From: Planctomycetales bacterium
GTDB taxonomy: Bacteria; Planctomycetota; Phycisphaerae; SM23-33
Direction of reading: 5' to 3'
Assembly: GCA_030612725.1 (NCBI GenBank)
Contig: JAUWNJ010000037.1
Coordinates: 1 to 22,307, forward strand
DNA: 22,307 bases
Notes under the pieces: generated by a model
What the model was told of the DNA's origin: nothing
Database searches by the model: none
Seen by the model: the letters and a program-made list of their open reading frames with translations, nothing else
Program-made: the position numbers and the translations under genes
Part shown: one piece after another, positions 1 to 8,368 of the stretch
How positions within the stretch are numbered: position 1 is the stretch's first letter
How the letters are laid out: every line of letters starts with the position of its first letter

Positions 1-59
1 GTGTTTGCGACTACCTTAACATCTGCGCATCCGCGTGGTCGCAAACACCGCGACCACGG
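1..59 (+). promoter_or_regulatory. ileS leader with two mutually exclusive hairpins: 1-11 pairs with 38-48 (11-bp perfect inverted repeat), 34-42 pairs with 50-58. Attenuator-like, possibly truncated by the window edge.
   Basis: gtgtttgcgac (1-11) is the exact reverse complement of gtcgcaaacac (38-48). cgtggtcgc (34-42) pairs with gcgaccacg (50-58). The two stems share bases 38-42. It lies ~70 bp upstream of the ileS ATG. Confidence 0.25.
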
Positions 60-128
60 CACCCGGGCAAACTCCATTGACGCGGGCCACCTATAAATGC
101 ACAATGCAGATAATTCAGGATAACGACA

Positions 129-3104
129 ATGAACGAAAAAAAGAAAAACTACAAAGACACGTTGAATCTTCCGAATACCGACTTCGATATGCGCGCCGGG
201 CTGCTCAAGAAAGAACCGGCTATGCAGGCACGCTGGTCCGAGCAGAATCTTTACGGGCAAATACGCGACGCCCGCGCCGGAAGCCCGCGATTCATTCTCC
301 ACGACGGCCCGCCATACGCCAACGGTAATATCCACATGGGCACCGCGCTGAACAAAATCCTCAAGGACATCGTCGTCCGGTGCAAGAACATGACCGGCTT
401 CGACGCGCCCTATGTCCCCGGCTGGGACTGCCACGGCCTGCCCATCGAATACCGCGTCCAGAGCGAACTCGGCGACAAACTGGTAAAAATGTCGCACATA
501 GACGTCCGCCGCCTGTGCGCCGAATACGCCGATAAGTACGTCAAAATCCAGTCCGAGCAGTTTCAGCGACTCGGCGTTCTCGGCGAATTCGACGCCCCTT
601 ACATCACAATGACGCCCCGGTACGAATCGGCAGTGCTGGAAGTCTTCGCACGCATGGTCGAGCAGGGACTGGTGTTCAGGCAACTCAAACCCGTTCACTG
701 GTCCATCGAGAACCGAACCGCACTGGCTGAAGCCGAGCTGGAATACCACGACCGCGAAGACGACAGCATCTACGTCCTGCTGGCTGGGGCCGATTCATCA
801 GCCCTGAAAAATCTGTTCGGCCTCAACGACGATACGCCGACCTATCTGATGATCTGGACGACCACACCGTGGACGCTACCGGCCAACCTGGCAGTGGCTG
901 TGCACCCGGATTTTGAATACTCTGCCGTCAAGTTCACCCACGCCGGCAAGGAAGTTATCGCCGTTATCGCCTCCGACCTTGTTGAAAAGGTCTGCGGTGT
1001 CGGCGGCGTTGAAAAATTCGAGGTTCTGGCGACCGCACGCGGAGCCGCTCTGGTCGATGCCGGAATCACCTACCTGCATCCGCTGATTGGCGAGAAGGTC
1101 TGTCCGGTCGTTCCCGCCAATTACGTTACGCTCGAAGACGGCACCGGCTTGGTTCACACGGCTCCGGGTCATGGAATGGAAGACTACGGTACGGGTTTGA
1201 AGTTCGACCTGGGGGTTTATTGCCCTGTCCGCGAAGACGGCACGTTCGACGAGACTGCTCCCGATTGGCTCATCGGCAAGAGCGTATGGGAGGCGAATCC
1301 GCTGGTTGTGGATTTTCTCTCAACGGCTGGCACGCTGTTTCATAAACAGGTCATAACGCACTCTTACCCGCACGACTGGCGGAGTAAGACGCCGACGATC
1401 TTCCGCGCGACCAAGCAGTGGTTCGTAGCCGTCGATGGTGATATGAAGCGCGGTACGACGCTGCGTGAGATGGCCATGGACGCCTGCCGAAAGAGCGCCG
1501 ACGACAATGGGATGGATTTCATCCCGGACTGGGGCAGAAACCGCCTGGCTGGAATGCTCGAAAGCAGACCCGACTGGTGCATCTCGCGCCAGCGGAGTTG
1601 GGGGCTTCCGATACCGGCATTCTACAACGAGGCCGGAGAAGTCCTGCTGACACCCGCGTCCGTCCGGGCAGTGGCCAAAAGTTTCGCCGAGCGAGGCTCG
1701 GATTGCTGGTTCACCGATTCGCCGACGGAACTACTGGGCGATTACGACCCTGTCTTCGATACGGATCTGGCCGAACCGAAAAACTTTGATGCGAGTGAAC
1801 TCCACACAGGCCATGACATTTTCGACGTATGGTTCGAGTCCGGTTCGAGTTGGTTCGCGGTGGCTGTCCGGCGAGAACTGGTCGATGAAATCCCGGTGGA
1901 CCTGTACCTCGAAGGTTCCGACCAGCATCGAGGGTGGTTCCAGTTATCGCTTCTGCCTGCGCTTGGAGCGGCTGGGCTACCGCCGTTCAGGACCGTCCTG
2001 ACACACGGATTCGTCGTTACCGAGGACGGGCACAAAATGTCCAAGTCGCTCGGAAACACCATCGACGTAATCGACCAACTCTCCAAGCGTGGAGCCGACA
2101 TTATCCGCCTGTGGGTAGCATCGCAGAACTACCAGGACGACGTCCGCTGCAGCGAAAATCTCATCGCCCAAAGCGAAGACGCCTACCGGAAGATTCGCAA
2201 TACGCTTCGGTTCTGCATGGGTTCGTGCAGCAATTTCGACCCTGCCCGACACACCGCCGAATCGTCCGAGCATTCGCTCGACCGATGGATGAGGCTGGAA
2301 CTGCACCAACTCATCCGCGATGTCCGCATCGCCTATGACAAATACGAATTTCACCGCGCGACACGGCTGATGTACGAGTTCTGCACCGTTCAGGCGTCCA
2401 GCGTCTATATGGCTGCGGTGAAAGACCGCCTGTACTGCGAATTACCCGATTCGCCGCGACGACGGGCGACCCAGGCGGTACTGCACGAGATGCTTTCTGT
2501 GCTGGTGAAACTCCTCGCTCCAATCCTGCCGCACACCGCCGAGGAAGCATGGGAGCACATCCCAGCCCGCGACCCAAACGAACCGGAAAACGTCCATCTG
2601 GCAATGATGCCGGAATATGACGAAGAAATGCTGGAAATGGCTGAAGACCTCAGGCCGGTCAACCCAGACCTCGCCCAGTTTTCCTCCGACGAAATCCAAG
2701 TGGGACCAAGCTGGATTTGGGACCGCCTGCTGGACCTGCGGGCAGACGGACTGGTCAAACTCGAAGCACTACGGAACGCCGGCGTCAAGAATCCGCTCGA
2801 CGCCGAAGCCGTCTTTACCATCGCCGACGACAACCAAGCAGCCGAAACATTCCTGGAAACCTATCTGGGCGAACTGGAAGACCTCCTCGGCGTCGGATAC
2901 GCGCGAATCGAGAAAGCGAGTAGCACAGGCATTAGTCCCGTGTCCGAAACTCTGCCTGTCGGCGTTCGCGTCGAGGACACGCGCGAAAAATACAGCCGAT
3001 GCGCCCGCTCATGGAAGCGCCGCCCGGACGTCGGTTCCGACGCGGAATACCCAGACCTCTCCGCCCGCGACGCCGAAGTGATGAAGGTGTTGGCGAAGAA
3101 ATAA
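129..3104 (+). CDS. ileS: Isoleucine--tRNA ligase (class I aaRS), 991 aa
   Basis: HIGH-type motif PYANGNIHMGTA near the N-terminus, KMSKS motif (HKMSKSLGN), and the typical IleRS N-terminal KDTLNLPNTDFDMRAG. Full-length uninterrupted ORF ending in TAA. Confidence 0.95.
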   Translation: MNEKKKNYKDTLNLPNTDFDMRAGLLKKEPAMQARWSEQNLYGQIRDARAGSPRFILHDGPPYANGNIHMGTALNKILKDIVVRCKNMTGFDAPYVPGWDCHGLPIEYRVQSELGDKLVKMSHIDVRRLCAEYADKYVKIQSEQFQRLGVLGEFDAPYITMTPRYESAVLEVFARMVEQGLVFRQLKPVHWSIENRTALAEAELEYHDREDDSIYVLLAGADSSALKNLFGLNDDTPTYLMIWTTTPWTLPANLAVAVHPDFEYSAVKFTHAGKEVIAVIASDLVEKVCGVGGVEKFEVLATARGAALVDAGITYLHPLIGEKVCPVVPANYVTLEDGTGLVHTAPGHGMEDYGTGLKFDLGVYCPVREDGTFDETAPDWLIGKSVWEANPLVVDFLSTAGTLFHKQVITHSYPHDWRSKTPTIFRATKQWFVAVDGDMKRGTTLREMAMDACRKSADDNGMDFIPDWGRNRLAGMLESRPDWCISRQRSWGLPIPAFYNEAGEVLLTPASVRAVAKSFAERGSDCWFTDSPTELLGDYDPVFDTDLAEPKNFDASELHTGHDIFDVWFESGSSWFAVAVRRELVDEIPVDLYLEGSDQHRGWFQLSLLPALGAAGLPPFRTVLTHGFVVTEDGHKMSKSLGNTIDVIDQLSKRGADIIRLWVASQNYQDDVRCSENLIAQSEDAYRKIRNTLRFCMGSCSNFDPARHTAESSEHSLDRWMRLELHQLIRDVRIAYDKYEFHRATRLMYEFCTVQASSVYMAAVKDRLYCELPDSPRRRATQAVLHEMLSVLVKLLAPILPHTAEEAWEHIPARDPNEPENVHLAMMPEYDEEMLEMAEDLRPVNPDLAQFSSDEIQVGPSWIWDRLLDLRADGLVKLEALRNAGVKNPLDAEAVFTIADDNQAAETFLETYLGELEDLLGVGYARIEKASSTGISPVSETLPVGVRVEDTREKYSRCARSWKRRPDVGSDAEYPDLSARDAEVMKVLAKK

Positions 3105-3203
3105 AGCGTGGTCACAGGACCGGAGCGGCAATTGCGTCTCGCCGATCAACATATTAGAATCCCACGAGATAATTCACGATCATCGCGGACTTGATGAGGC
3201 CCT

Positions 3204-3938
3204 ATGGAAACGAGCGGCGCTATGTCCTTACCTCAAATAGACATATGGTACGGCAGTAAGTAAACTTTTGGTCGATTCGGCAACCCGCAACGGTGGGTCA
3301 ACCTGCCTGGACGAGCCAGCAGCCCCAACGGTATAGATTCGGTGCGCTGGATGCTCAACAACGACGAAGAAATCGATCGTCCCCTGCCGCTGGGTCCAAC
3401 GGCATTTCGCTTGATTGGCGAGGGCGATTTTAACATCGAACTGGACCGGGAAGCCCTGATCCAGGGCGACAACACCGTGGAAATCATCGCAACTGATCGG
3501 AACGGCAATGAGGCCGGACAGACCGTCACCGTCCGATACGCACCGGCTTCGTCCTGCCCCCTGCCGCACAGTGTCAACTGGGACCAGACTAAAGAAATCA
3601 ATGACGTGGCGCAAGTTGTTGACGGACTGTGGCGTCTGACCGATGACGGGGTGCGAACGGTTGAAATCGGCTATGACCGCATCATTGCGATCGGGGACGG
3701 CGACACGCAGGACCTGATTGCATGCGGCGTCGCCTACCGCCTCAAGGCGCGCGCGGAATCACGCCCCGACACACCCAGCCTCTACCGGATGAAAGTCTGG
3801 CCCGCCGACCAAGGCGAACCGGACGGTTGGCAACTGGAAGGACTTGGCGGTCAGGGCGAACTTGATCGCGGATCACTGCTTCTCGTCGCCCATAACGCAG
3901 ACGTTACATTTGGTGATGTTACGGTTACGGCCGTCTAA
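3204..3938 (+). pseudogene. Hypothetical protein gene with an in-frame TAA at 3261-3263. SD (GAGG) + ATG at 3204; the intact distal ORF is reported from GTG 3342, which has no SD.
   Basis: Translation in one frame: METSGAMSLPQIDIWYGSK*TFGRFGNPQRWVNLPGRASSPNGIDSVRWMLNNDEE... The region between the stop and GTG 3342 reads as protein-like with no other stops. Function unknown. Confidence 0.4.
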
Positions 3939-3939
3939 T

Positions 3940-3994
3940 ACCAATACGTCCTGTCGGCCCGGGCATTTCCCACGGCCTTGGTGAACCATTCCGG
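3940..3994 (-). pseudogene. Remnant of a hotdog-thioesterase 3' end (…TPEWFTKAVGNARADRTYWY*) immediately downstream of the DppA-like gene
   Basis: 3966-3994 matches 4866-4894 (the C-terminal coding region of the thioesterase at 4844-5263) at 26 of 29 positions, with 19 bp identical (ccttggtgaaccattccgg). The spacing is exactly 900 bp. The reverse-strand translation gives PEWFTK, as in the real C-terminus APEWFTKVMEN. Confidence 0.5.
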
Positions 3995-4006
3995 TGTCCC
4001 TGTTGG

Positions 4007-4801
4007 CTAGACGTAAATGATGTCCTGGATATTGTCGCTGCGAAGCCTCACGGTCTGACTGTTCACCCTCTCGACACCGGGCCTTGCGCAGACCTGGTCG
4101 GCGATGTCGGTATGGAAGAAGCGTTTTTCCAGAACGTAAGGCCCATCCCACTTCAGCGGCGCAACGGGACAATCCTTGTGCCTCTTTAATGCCCTGGCCG
4201 AGCCTTCTGCGATGCGCCTACGGGCCTCGAACGGCGAAAGCGAAATGGCCGAGTTGCGACTCAGCCCCTCCTTGACGCTGGCAGTGGTGATGCCCTCGAC
4301 TAATTCTTCAGCCTCGCGGCAGGCGGCATCGTCGCCGCTGAGGAATATCATCGGCAGGTCAACTGCGCCGATGTAAAGAGCGAATTGCGCGATCTCGCCG
4401 ATAAATCGGTCGTTCAGTTTATAGTATTCGATTTCCCTGCTGCTCTGAGTGTGGCTGAGATTGCCTCGCTCGACCCCCGCCATCGCATGTTGGCCGACCA
4501 TCATGCCCACGTCAAATGTCTTAATCACCTCGTTGCGTATCTGACGTGGAGCCAACGGTCTTCCGTGCAACAACCTCGCCTTGGGATGCAGGTCTTCGAA
4601 CCAGACCCCTCCGGGGCCGTGCCCGTCAACCACAAGTATGTCCGTAGCCCCCTCCTTCAATACGCCCTCCACTGCCGCATTGATCTCCGCCGTCAGCAGC
4701 CTCATGGAGTTTTCATAATACCGACCGTCCGAATACACATGATCTTTGAATGACACAACGCCGCTTACCCCTTCCAGATCCGTCATTATCAGAACTTTCA
4801 T
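4007..4801 (-). CDS. M55-family D-aminopeptidase (DppA-like)
   Basis: N-terminus MKVLIMTDLEGVSGV is characteristic of peptidase M55/DppA. Length 264 aa. Strong SD (AGGAAGGA) 5-8 nt upstream of the ATG. Confidence 0.8.
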   Translation of the reverse strand: MKVLIMTDLEGVSGVVSFKDHVYSDGRYYENSMRLLTAEINAAVEGVLKEGATDILVVDGHGPGGVWFEDLHPKARLLHGRPLAPRQIRNEVIKTFDVGMMVGQHAMAGVERGNLSHTQSSREIEYYKLNDRFIGEIAQFALYIGAVDLPMIFLSGDDAACREAEELVEGITTASVKEGLSRNSAISLSPFEARRRIAEGSARALKRHKDCPVAPLKWDGPYVLEKRFFHTDIADQVCARPGVERVNSQTVRLRSDNIQDIIYV

Positions 4802-4843
4802 AACATTTTCCTTCCTGGATTGAATGTCCCTATTATGATACCG

Positions 4844-5263
4844 CTAATGCTCATCGGCATGAGCGTTTTCCATGACCTTGGTGAACCATTCCGGCGCGCG
4901 GATGGGTTTGCCCGCCGGGTCGATGAAAGCGTGGACGGTGTATCCTTCAGCCACCGGCATGCCGCTGCCGGCGTGGACGATTTTCACGTCGCATCGGATG
5001 CGGGCCTTTCCGACCATCCGCCCGGTCGTGGTCGTCTCCAGCAGGTCGTCGTACCTCGCCCTGCCTCGGTATTTCACATACGATTCAACCACCGGAAGCA
5101 GCACGCCGCGTTCCTCCATCTCGGCATACGACGTGCCGGTCCGCCTGAAAAACTCCGTCCGCCCACACTCGAACCAGTCCAACGCACTCGAATTGGAATA
5201 CGTGCCCATCTGGTCCGTCTCGCTGTAACGAACGCGAAATTGTACGACGCTCTCAACCGACAT
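4844..5263 (-). CDS. Acyl-CoA thioesterase, 4HBT/YbgC-like hotdog fold
   Basis: FRVRYSETDQMGTYSNSSALDWFE... is a typical YbgC/4HBT N-terminal catalytic region. 139 aa. SD AAAGGTGA upstream. Co-directional with, and 42 bp upstream of, the DppA-like gene. Confidence 0.75.
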   Translation of the reverse strand: MSVESVVQFRVRYSETDQMGTYSNSSALDWFECGRTEFFRRTGTSYAEMEERGVLLPVVESYVKYRGRARYDDLLETTTTGRMVGKARIRCDVKIVHAGSGMPVAEGYTVHAFIDPAGKPIRAPEWFTKVMENAHADEH

Positions 5264-5378
5264 ATCGATTCACCTTTACCGGATGCGCATATTCCGTTCC
5301 AATAATCGTTCCATTTTATAATGGACTAAAAAACATCAGTCGCTATATCTTGTAGCAGTTCAAGACAGGACGCAAGAA

Positions 5379-5849
5379 ATGGATTCGCATCAGGTACTAC
5401 AAAAAGCGATCGAAAAGGTCGGCGCAAAGAAGGTGGCTGGGGATATGCGAGTGTCTTCGTCGCTGGTGTATAAATGGTGCCAACCCTCCGACGACAACAC
5501 AACGATTGAGCCGAGCGGTACGCGCAATCCGCTTGACCGCGTTGCAGCCTTGCTGGAAAGCACGAATGACGCGAACGTAGTACAATGGCTTTGCGAACGG
5601 GCGGGCGGATTTTTCGTTCACGATCCCGAGGTCAGCGACCGCCGCATCGATGCCGAATATATCGCCAACACGCAGCGGATAATTGAGGATTTTTCCCGGC
5701 TGCTTCGCGCTCTATCAGGCGCTATCGCCGACGACGGGAAAGTGGACGAAGACGAAGCGCGGAACATCCGAACGCAATGGCAAAGACTTAAACGATACGG
5801 CGAAGCCTTCGTCATCGCATGCGAACGAGGAATGTTCGCAGAAACCTGA
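5379..5849 (+). CDS. HTH DNA-binding protein resembling phage CII (186 CII/CP76-type) regulators
   Basis: N-terminal segment VGAKKVAGDMRVSSSLVYKWCQPSDDNT has the helix-turn-helix then W-x-x-P layout of CII-type regulators. 156 aa. AGGA 10 nt upstream of the ATG. The family assignment is from memory of the family, not a search. Confidence 0.5.
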   Translation: MDSHQVLQKAIEKVGAKKVAGDMRVSSSLVYKWCQPSDDNTTIEPSGTRNPLDRVAALLESTNDANVVQWLCERAGGFFVHDPEVSDRRIDAEYIANTQRIIEDFSRLLRALSGAIADDGKVDEDEARNIRTQWQRLKRYGEAFVIACERGMFAET

Positions 5850-5857
5850 TAGCAGCG

Positions 5858-6093
5858 GTAGGCTGGGCCGGAGCGAAGCGGAGTCCCACCTTGTCCAGAT
5901 AAAGAAAATATTGAATAATGAATAAAGAATTTTGAATGACGAAGTAAAAAAACATCCCTCAAAGGTAGATAAGTTTCTTTTACTTCAAAATTCGACATTC
6001 CTCGTTCCACGTAGTGGTACGTAGTATCGCTACGCGGTGCTACGCACAATATTCATTATTCAAAAAAAGGTGGGGCTAGGCAGCCCAGCCTGC
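5858..6093. repeat. Composite inverted-repeat element. GC-rich REP-like arms at 5858-5892 and 6068-6093 (inverted), inner AT-rich inverted 14-mers TTGAATAATGAATA at 5914-5927 and 6050-6063, enclosing an ~180-bp AT-rich core.
   Basis: gtaggctgggccggagcgaagcggagtcccacctt on one side versus the reverse complement aggctgggctgcctagccccacct on the other. The AT-rich core contrasts sharply with the ~60% GC of the flanks. It sits between the HTH gene stop (5849) and the NfeD-like gene start (6116). Confidence 0.55.
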
Positions 6094-6115
6094 AAGTAAG
6101 GCAAGGAGCACGATT

Positions 6116-6739
6116 ATGATGGAATGGTGGCAAAATCTTGAACCCGTAACACAGTGGTTCTACGGGGCTGCTGCATTCTTCAGTGCTATCTTCCTCTGGC
6201 AGTTCATAATGTCGATGATAGGGCTGAGCGGCGCTGAAGATGTTGATATGGACCTGGACGCCGGCGACATCGAGGCCGCTTCTGCCGGCGATGCCGCCGA
6301 CAGCGTAGCGTCGTTCAGACTGCTGTCTATACGAGCGATTCTGGCATTCCTTACACTGTTCTTCTGGGCGGCGGCTATGCACCACGCCGCCGATGGTAAC
6401 CTGACCCGTGCGATTACCTACGGGACACTCTGGGGCCTGGGCGCTTTCGCGGTCGTGGCGCTGGCGTTGCACCTGATGCGAAAACTGGCGGAGACCGGCA
6501 ACCCGCGACTGCACACCTGCGTCGGAACGCGCGGGACGGTCTATCTGGACATACCCGCCGACGGAGCAGGCGAAGCCAGAGTTACCGTCAGCGGCGTCGT
6601 CTCGCACGTCAAGGCGCGATCGGCCGACGAGCAGGAAATCAAAGCCGGAACGCCGATAAACGTCATGCGAACACTCGGACCAACCACTATCGAAGTTAAA
6701 CCTGTCGAAGAAACCGAAAAAGAAAGAGGTGAAAAATGA
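6116..6739 (+). CDS. NfeD/YqiJ-family inner-membrane protein (OB-fold C-terminal domain), partner of flotillin
   Basis: Hydrophobic N-terminal half with several predicted TM segments (FYGAAAFFSAIFLWQFIM..., ILAFLTLFFWAAAM..., LWGLGAFAVVALALHL). C-terminal soluble domain. 4-bp ATGA overlap with the downstream flotillin gene. AAGGAG SD. Confidence 0.7.
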   Translation: MMEWWQNLEPVTQWFYGAAAFFSAIFLWQFIMSMIGLSGAEDVDMDLDAGDIEAASAGDAADSVASFRLLSIRAILAFLTLFFWAAAMHHAADGNLTRAITYGTLWGLGAFAVVALALHLMRKLAETGNPRLHTCVGTRGTVYLDIPADGAGEARVTVSGVVSHVKARSADEQEIKAGTPINVMRTLGPTTIEVKPVEETEKERGEK

Positions 6740-8253
6740 TGAACCTGACAACACTGGCAATGAATCTGCTGGCGCAATTGCCCGCCAAAGGCGCCAAGGA
6801 TGATGGGAGCATAACTCTTATCCTGATCCTCATCATCCTGGGCATACTTATCGCGACGGTCTTTATCCTCGCCAGCCGGTACAAGCGATGCCCGTCGAAC
6901 AAGGTCCTCGTAATCTACGGTAAGACCGGAAGCGGAGCCGCCAAGTGCGTCCACGGCGGGGCTGCGTTCGTCTGGCCACTGGTTCAGGCGTACGACTTCC
7001 TCAGTCTCGAGCCGTTCGTCGTGCCCATCGACCTGACAAACGCGCTGTCCCGCGAGAATATCCGCGTAGCCGTACCGACAACGGTAACGGCCGCTATCTC
7101 CAACCAGCCGGGGATTATGCAAAACGCCGCCATACGCCTGCTGGGACTGAACGATAGTGAAATCCAGAACCAGGCACAGGACATCATCCTCGGACAGATG
7201 CGTGCCGTCATCGCGACGATGGAAATCGAAGCAATCAACCGCGACCGACAATCGTTCATGGCCAAGGTCAACGAAGCCGTCTCGATGGAACTGGAGAAGA
7301 TCGGTCTGGGCGTTATCAACGTCAATATCCGCGACATCGAGGACGAGTCGGGATACATCAAGGCCCTTGGTCGAAAAGCAGCCGCCGAGGCGATTAACCA
7401 GGCAAACGTTGACGTAGCCGAGCAGGAGCGAACCGGTGAGACGGGTGTGGCTGAACGCAAGCGCGACCAGCGAGTCGCCGTCGCCGCCGCCAACGCCACC
7501 GCCGAGATGGGCGAAGCGACCGCCGACCGCGACAAACGTCAGAAAGTCGCCGGCCTGGAGGCAGAAGCCGTCAGTTCCGAGACCGTCGCCGACTCCGATA
7601 AGGCCGGTTATCGCGCCAATCAGAAAGTGGCTGAGGAAGAGGCGAGAAACCGAAGCGAATCGGCATCGCGTGAAGCCGACGGCGCTATCCGCGTCGCGCA
7701 GGAAATCGCGCAGAAAAAGGCGGAAGACGCTCGCGCAATCCGTGAGGAGTCGCGCCTCAAGGCCGAGATAGTCGTCCCTGCCAACGCCGACCGCGAGAGG
7801 GTCGTCATCGCCGCCGACGCGAAGAAGCAGGAAGCCATCCGCATCGCCGAGGGCGACGCCCAAGCCACAATCGCCCGCATGACCGCACAGGGCAAGGGTG
7901 TCCAGGCGATACTGGACGGCAAGGCTGAAGGCTATCAGCGACTGGTCGAAGCCTGCGGCGGGGACGCCGGAGCAGCCGCTTTGCTGATAATCGAGAAATT
8001 CGCCGAAATCGCCAACATTCAGGCCAAGGCCATTCAGGACCTGCCGATCGAAAAGGTCATCGTATGGGACGGCGGCGGCGAAAGCGGCGGACTGAAGGGT
8101 CTGGGCGGACGACTGCTCGGCGCTTTGCCGCCGATGCACGACCTTGCCAAACAGGTCGGACTCGACCTGCCCGAATTCCTCGGCAAAATCGCAAAAGAAG
8201 CGGCGAAAACACAGGAAACTCCGCAACCACCTGCAGAAGGAAAAGATGAATAA
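6736..8253 (+). CDS. Flotillin / SPFH (band-7) family protein, YqiK-like
   Basis: N-terminal TM segment (ITLILILIILGILIATVFILA), SPFH core (RCPSNKVLVIYGK...VPIDL...), long Ala/Glu-rich coiled-coil centre and flotillin C-terminal region. 505 aa. Confidence 0.9.
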   Translation: MMNLTTLAMNLLAQLPAKGAKDDGSITLILILIILGILIATVFILASRYKRCPSNKVLVIYGKTGSGAAKCVHGGAAFVWPLVQAYDFLSLEPFVVPIDLTNALSRENIRVAVPTTVTAAISNQPGIMQNAAIRLLGLNDSEIQNQAQDIILGQMRAVIATMEIEAINRDRQSFMAKVNEAVSMELEKIGLGVINVNIRDIEDESGYIKALGRKAAAEAINQANVDVAEQERTGETGVAERKRDQRVAVAAANATAEMGEATADRDKRQKVAGLEAEAVSSETVADSDKAGYRANQKVAEEEARNRSESASREADGAIRVAQEIAQKKAEDARAIREESRLKAEIVVPANADRERVVIAADAKKQEAIRIAEGDAQATIARMTAQGKGVQAILDGKAEGYQRLVEACGGDAGAAALLIIEKFAEIANIQAKAIQDLPIEKVIVWDGGGESGGLKGLGGRLLGALPPMHDLAKQVGLDLPEFLGKIAKEAAKTQETPQPPAEGKDE

Positions 8254-8368
8254 GAAAAGATTAACCGTGGGTGCCATGCCTTCACGCGCAGCGCAGCGGA
8301 GAGTGTAGGCATATTCACGCCCTTCACTTCGTTACGGACGAGAACATGGCACCCATCTGCATATTGAT

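Noticed and set aside
35-328. 97-aa plus-strand ORF overlapping the ileS start
   Set aside because: It is out of frame with ileS and has no SD. Its translation is low-complexity, and the region is better explained as the ileS leader plus N-terminus.
3873-4172. 99-aa minus ORF spanning the dppA 3' end and the thioesterase relic
   Set aside because: It overlaps the end of dppA and the 3204-3938 gene in other frames. It is explained by the relic thioesterase codons plus read-through of a GC-rich frame.
6541-8277. 578-aa minus-strand ORF, and similar long antisense ORFs (6056-6760, 15684-16580, 13319-14251, 12101-12751, 10074-10985, 17966-18493, 19213-19929, 4820-5305)
   Set aside because: All lie antisense to confidently identified genes (flotillin, nadB, M42 peptidase, glnA, NtrC-like, URO-D-like, beta-propeller, thioesterase). 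They have low-complexity Arg/Ala/Gly-rich translations typical of stop-poor antisense frames in high-GC DNA.
8265-8356. 12-bp inverted repeat gtgggtgccatg / catggcacccat flanking 66 bp between the flotillin and purN genes
   Set aside because: It could be a terminator or operator but is a single 11/12 match with a long loop. No T-tract and no recurrence elsewhere in the window.
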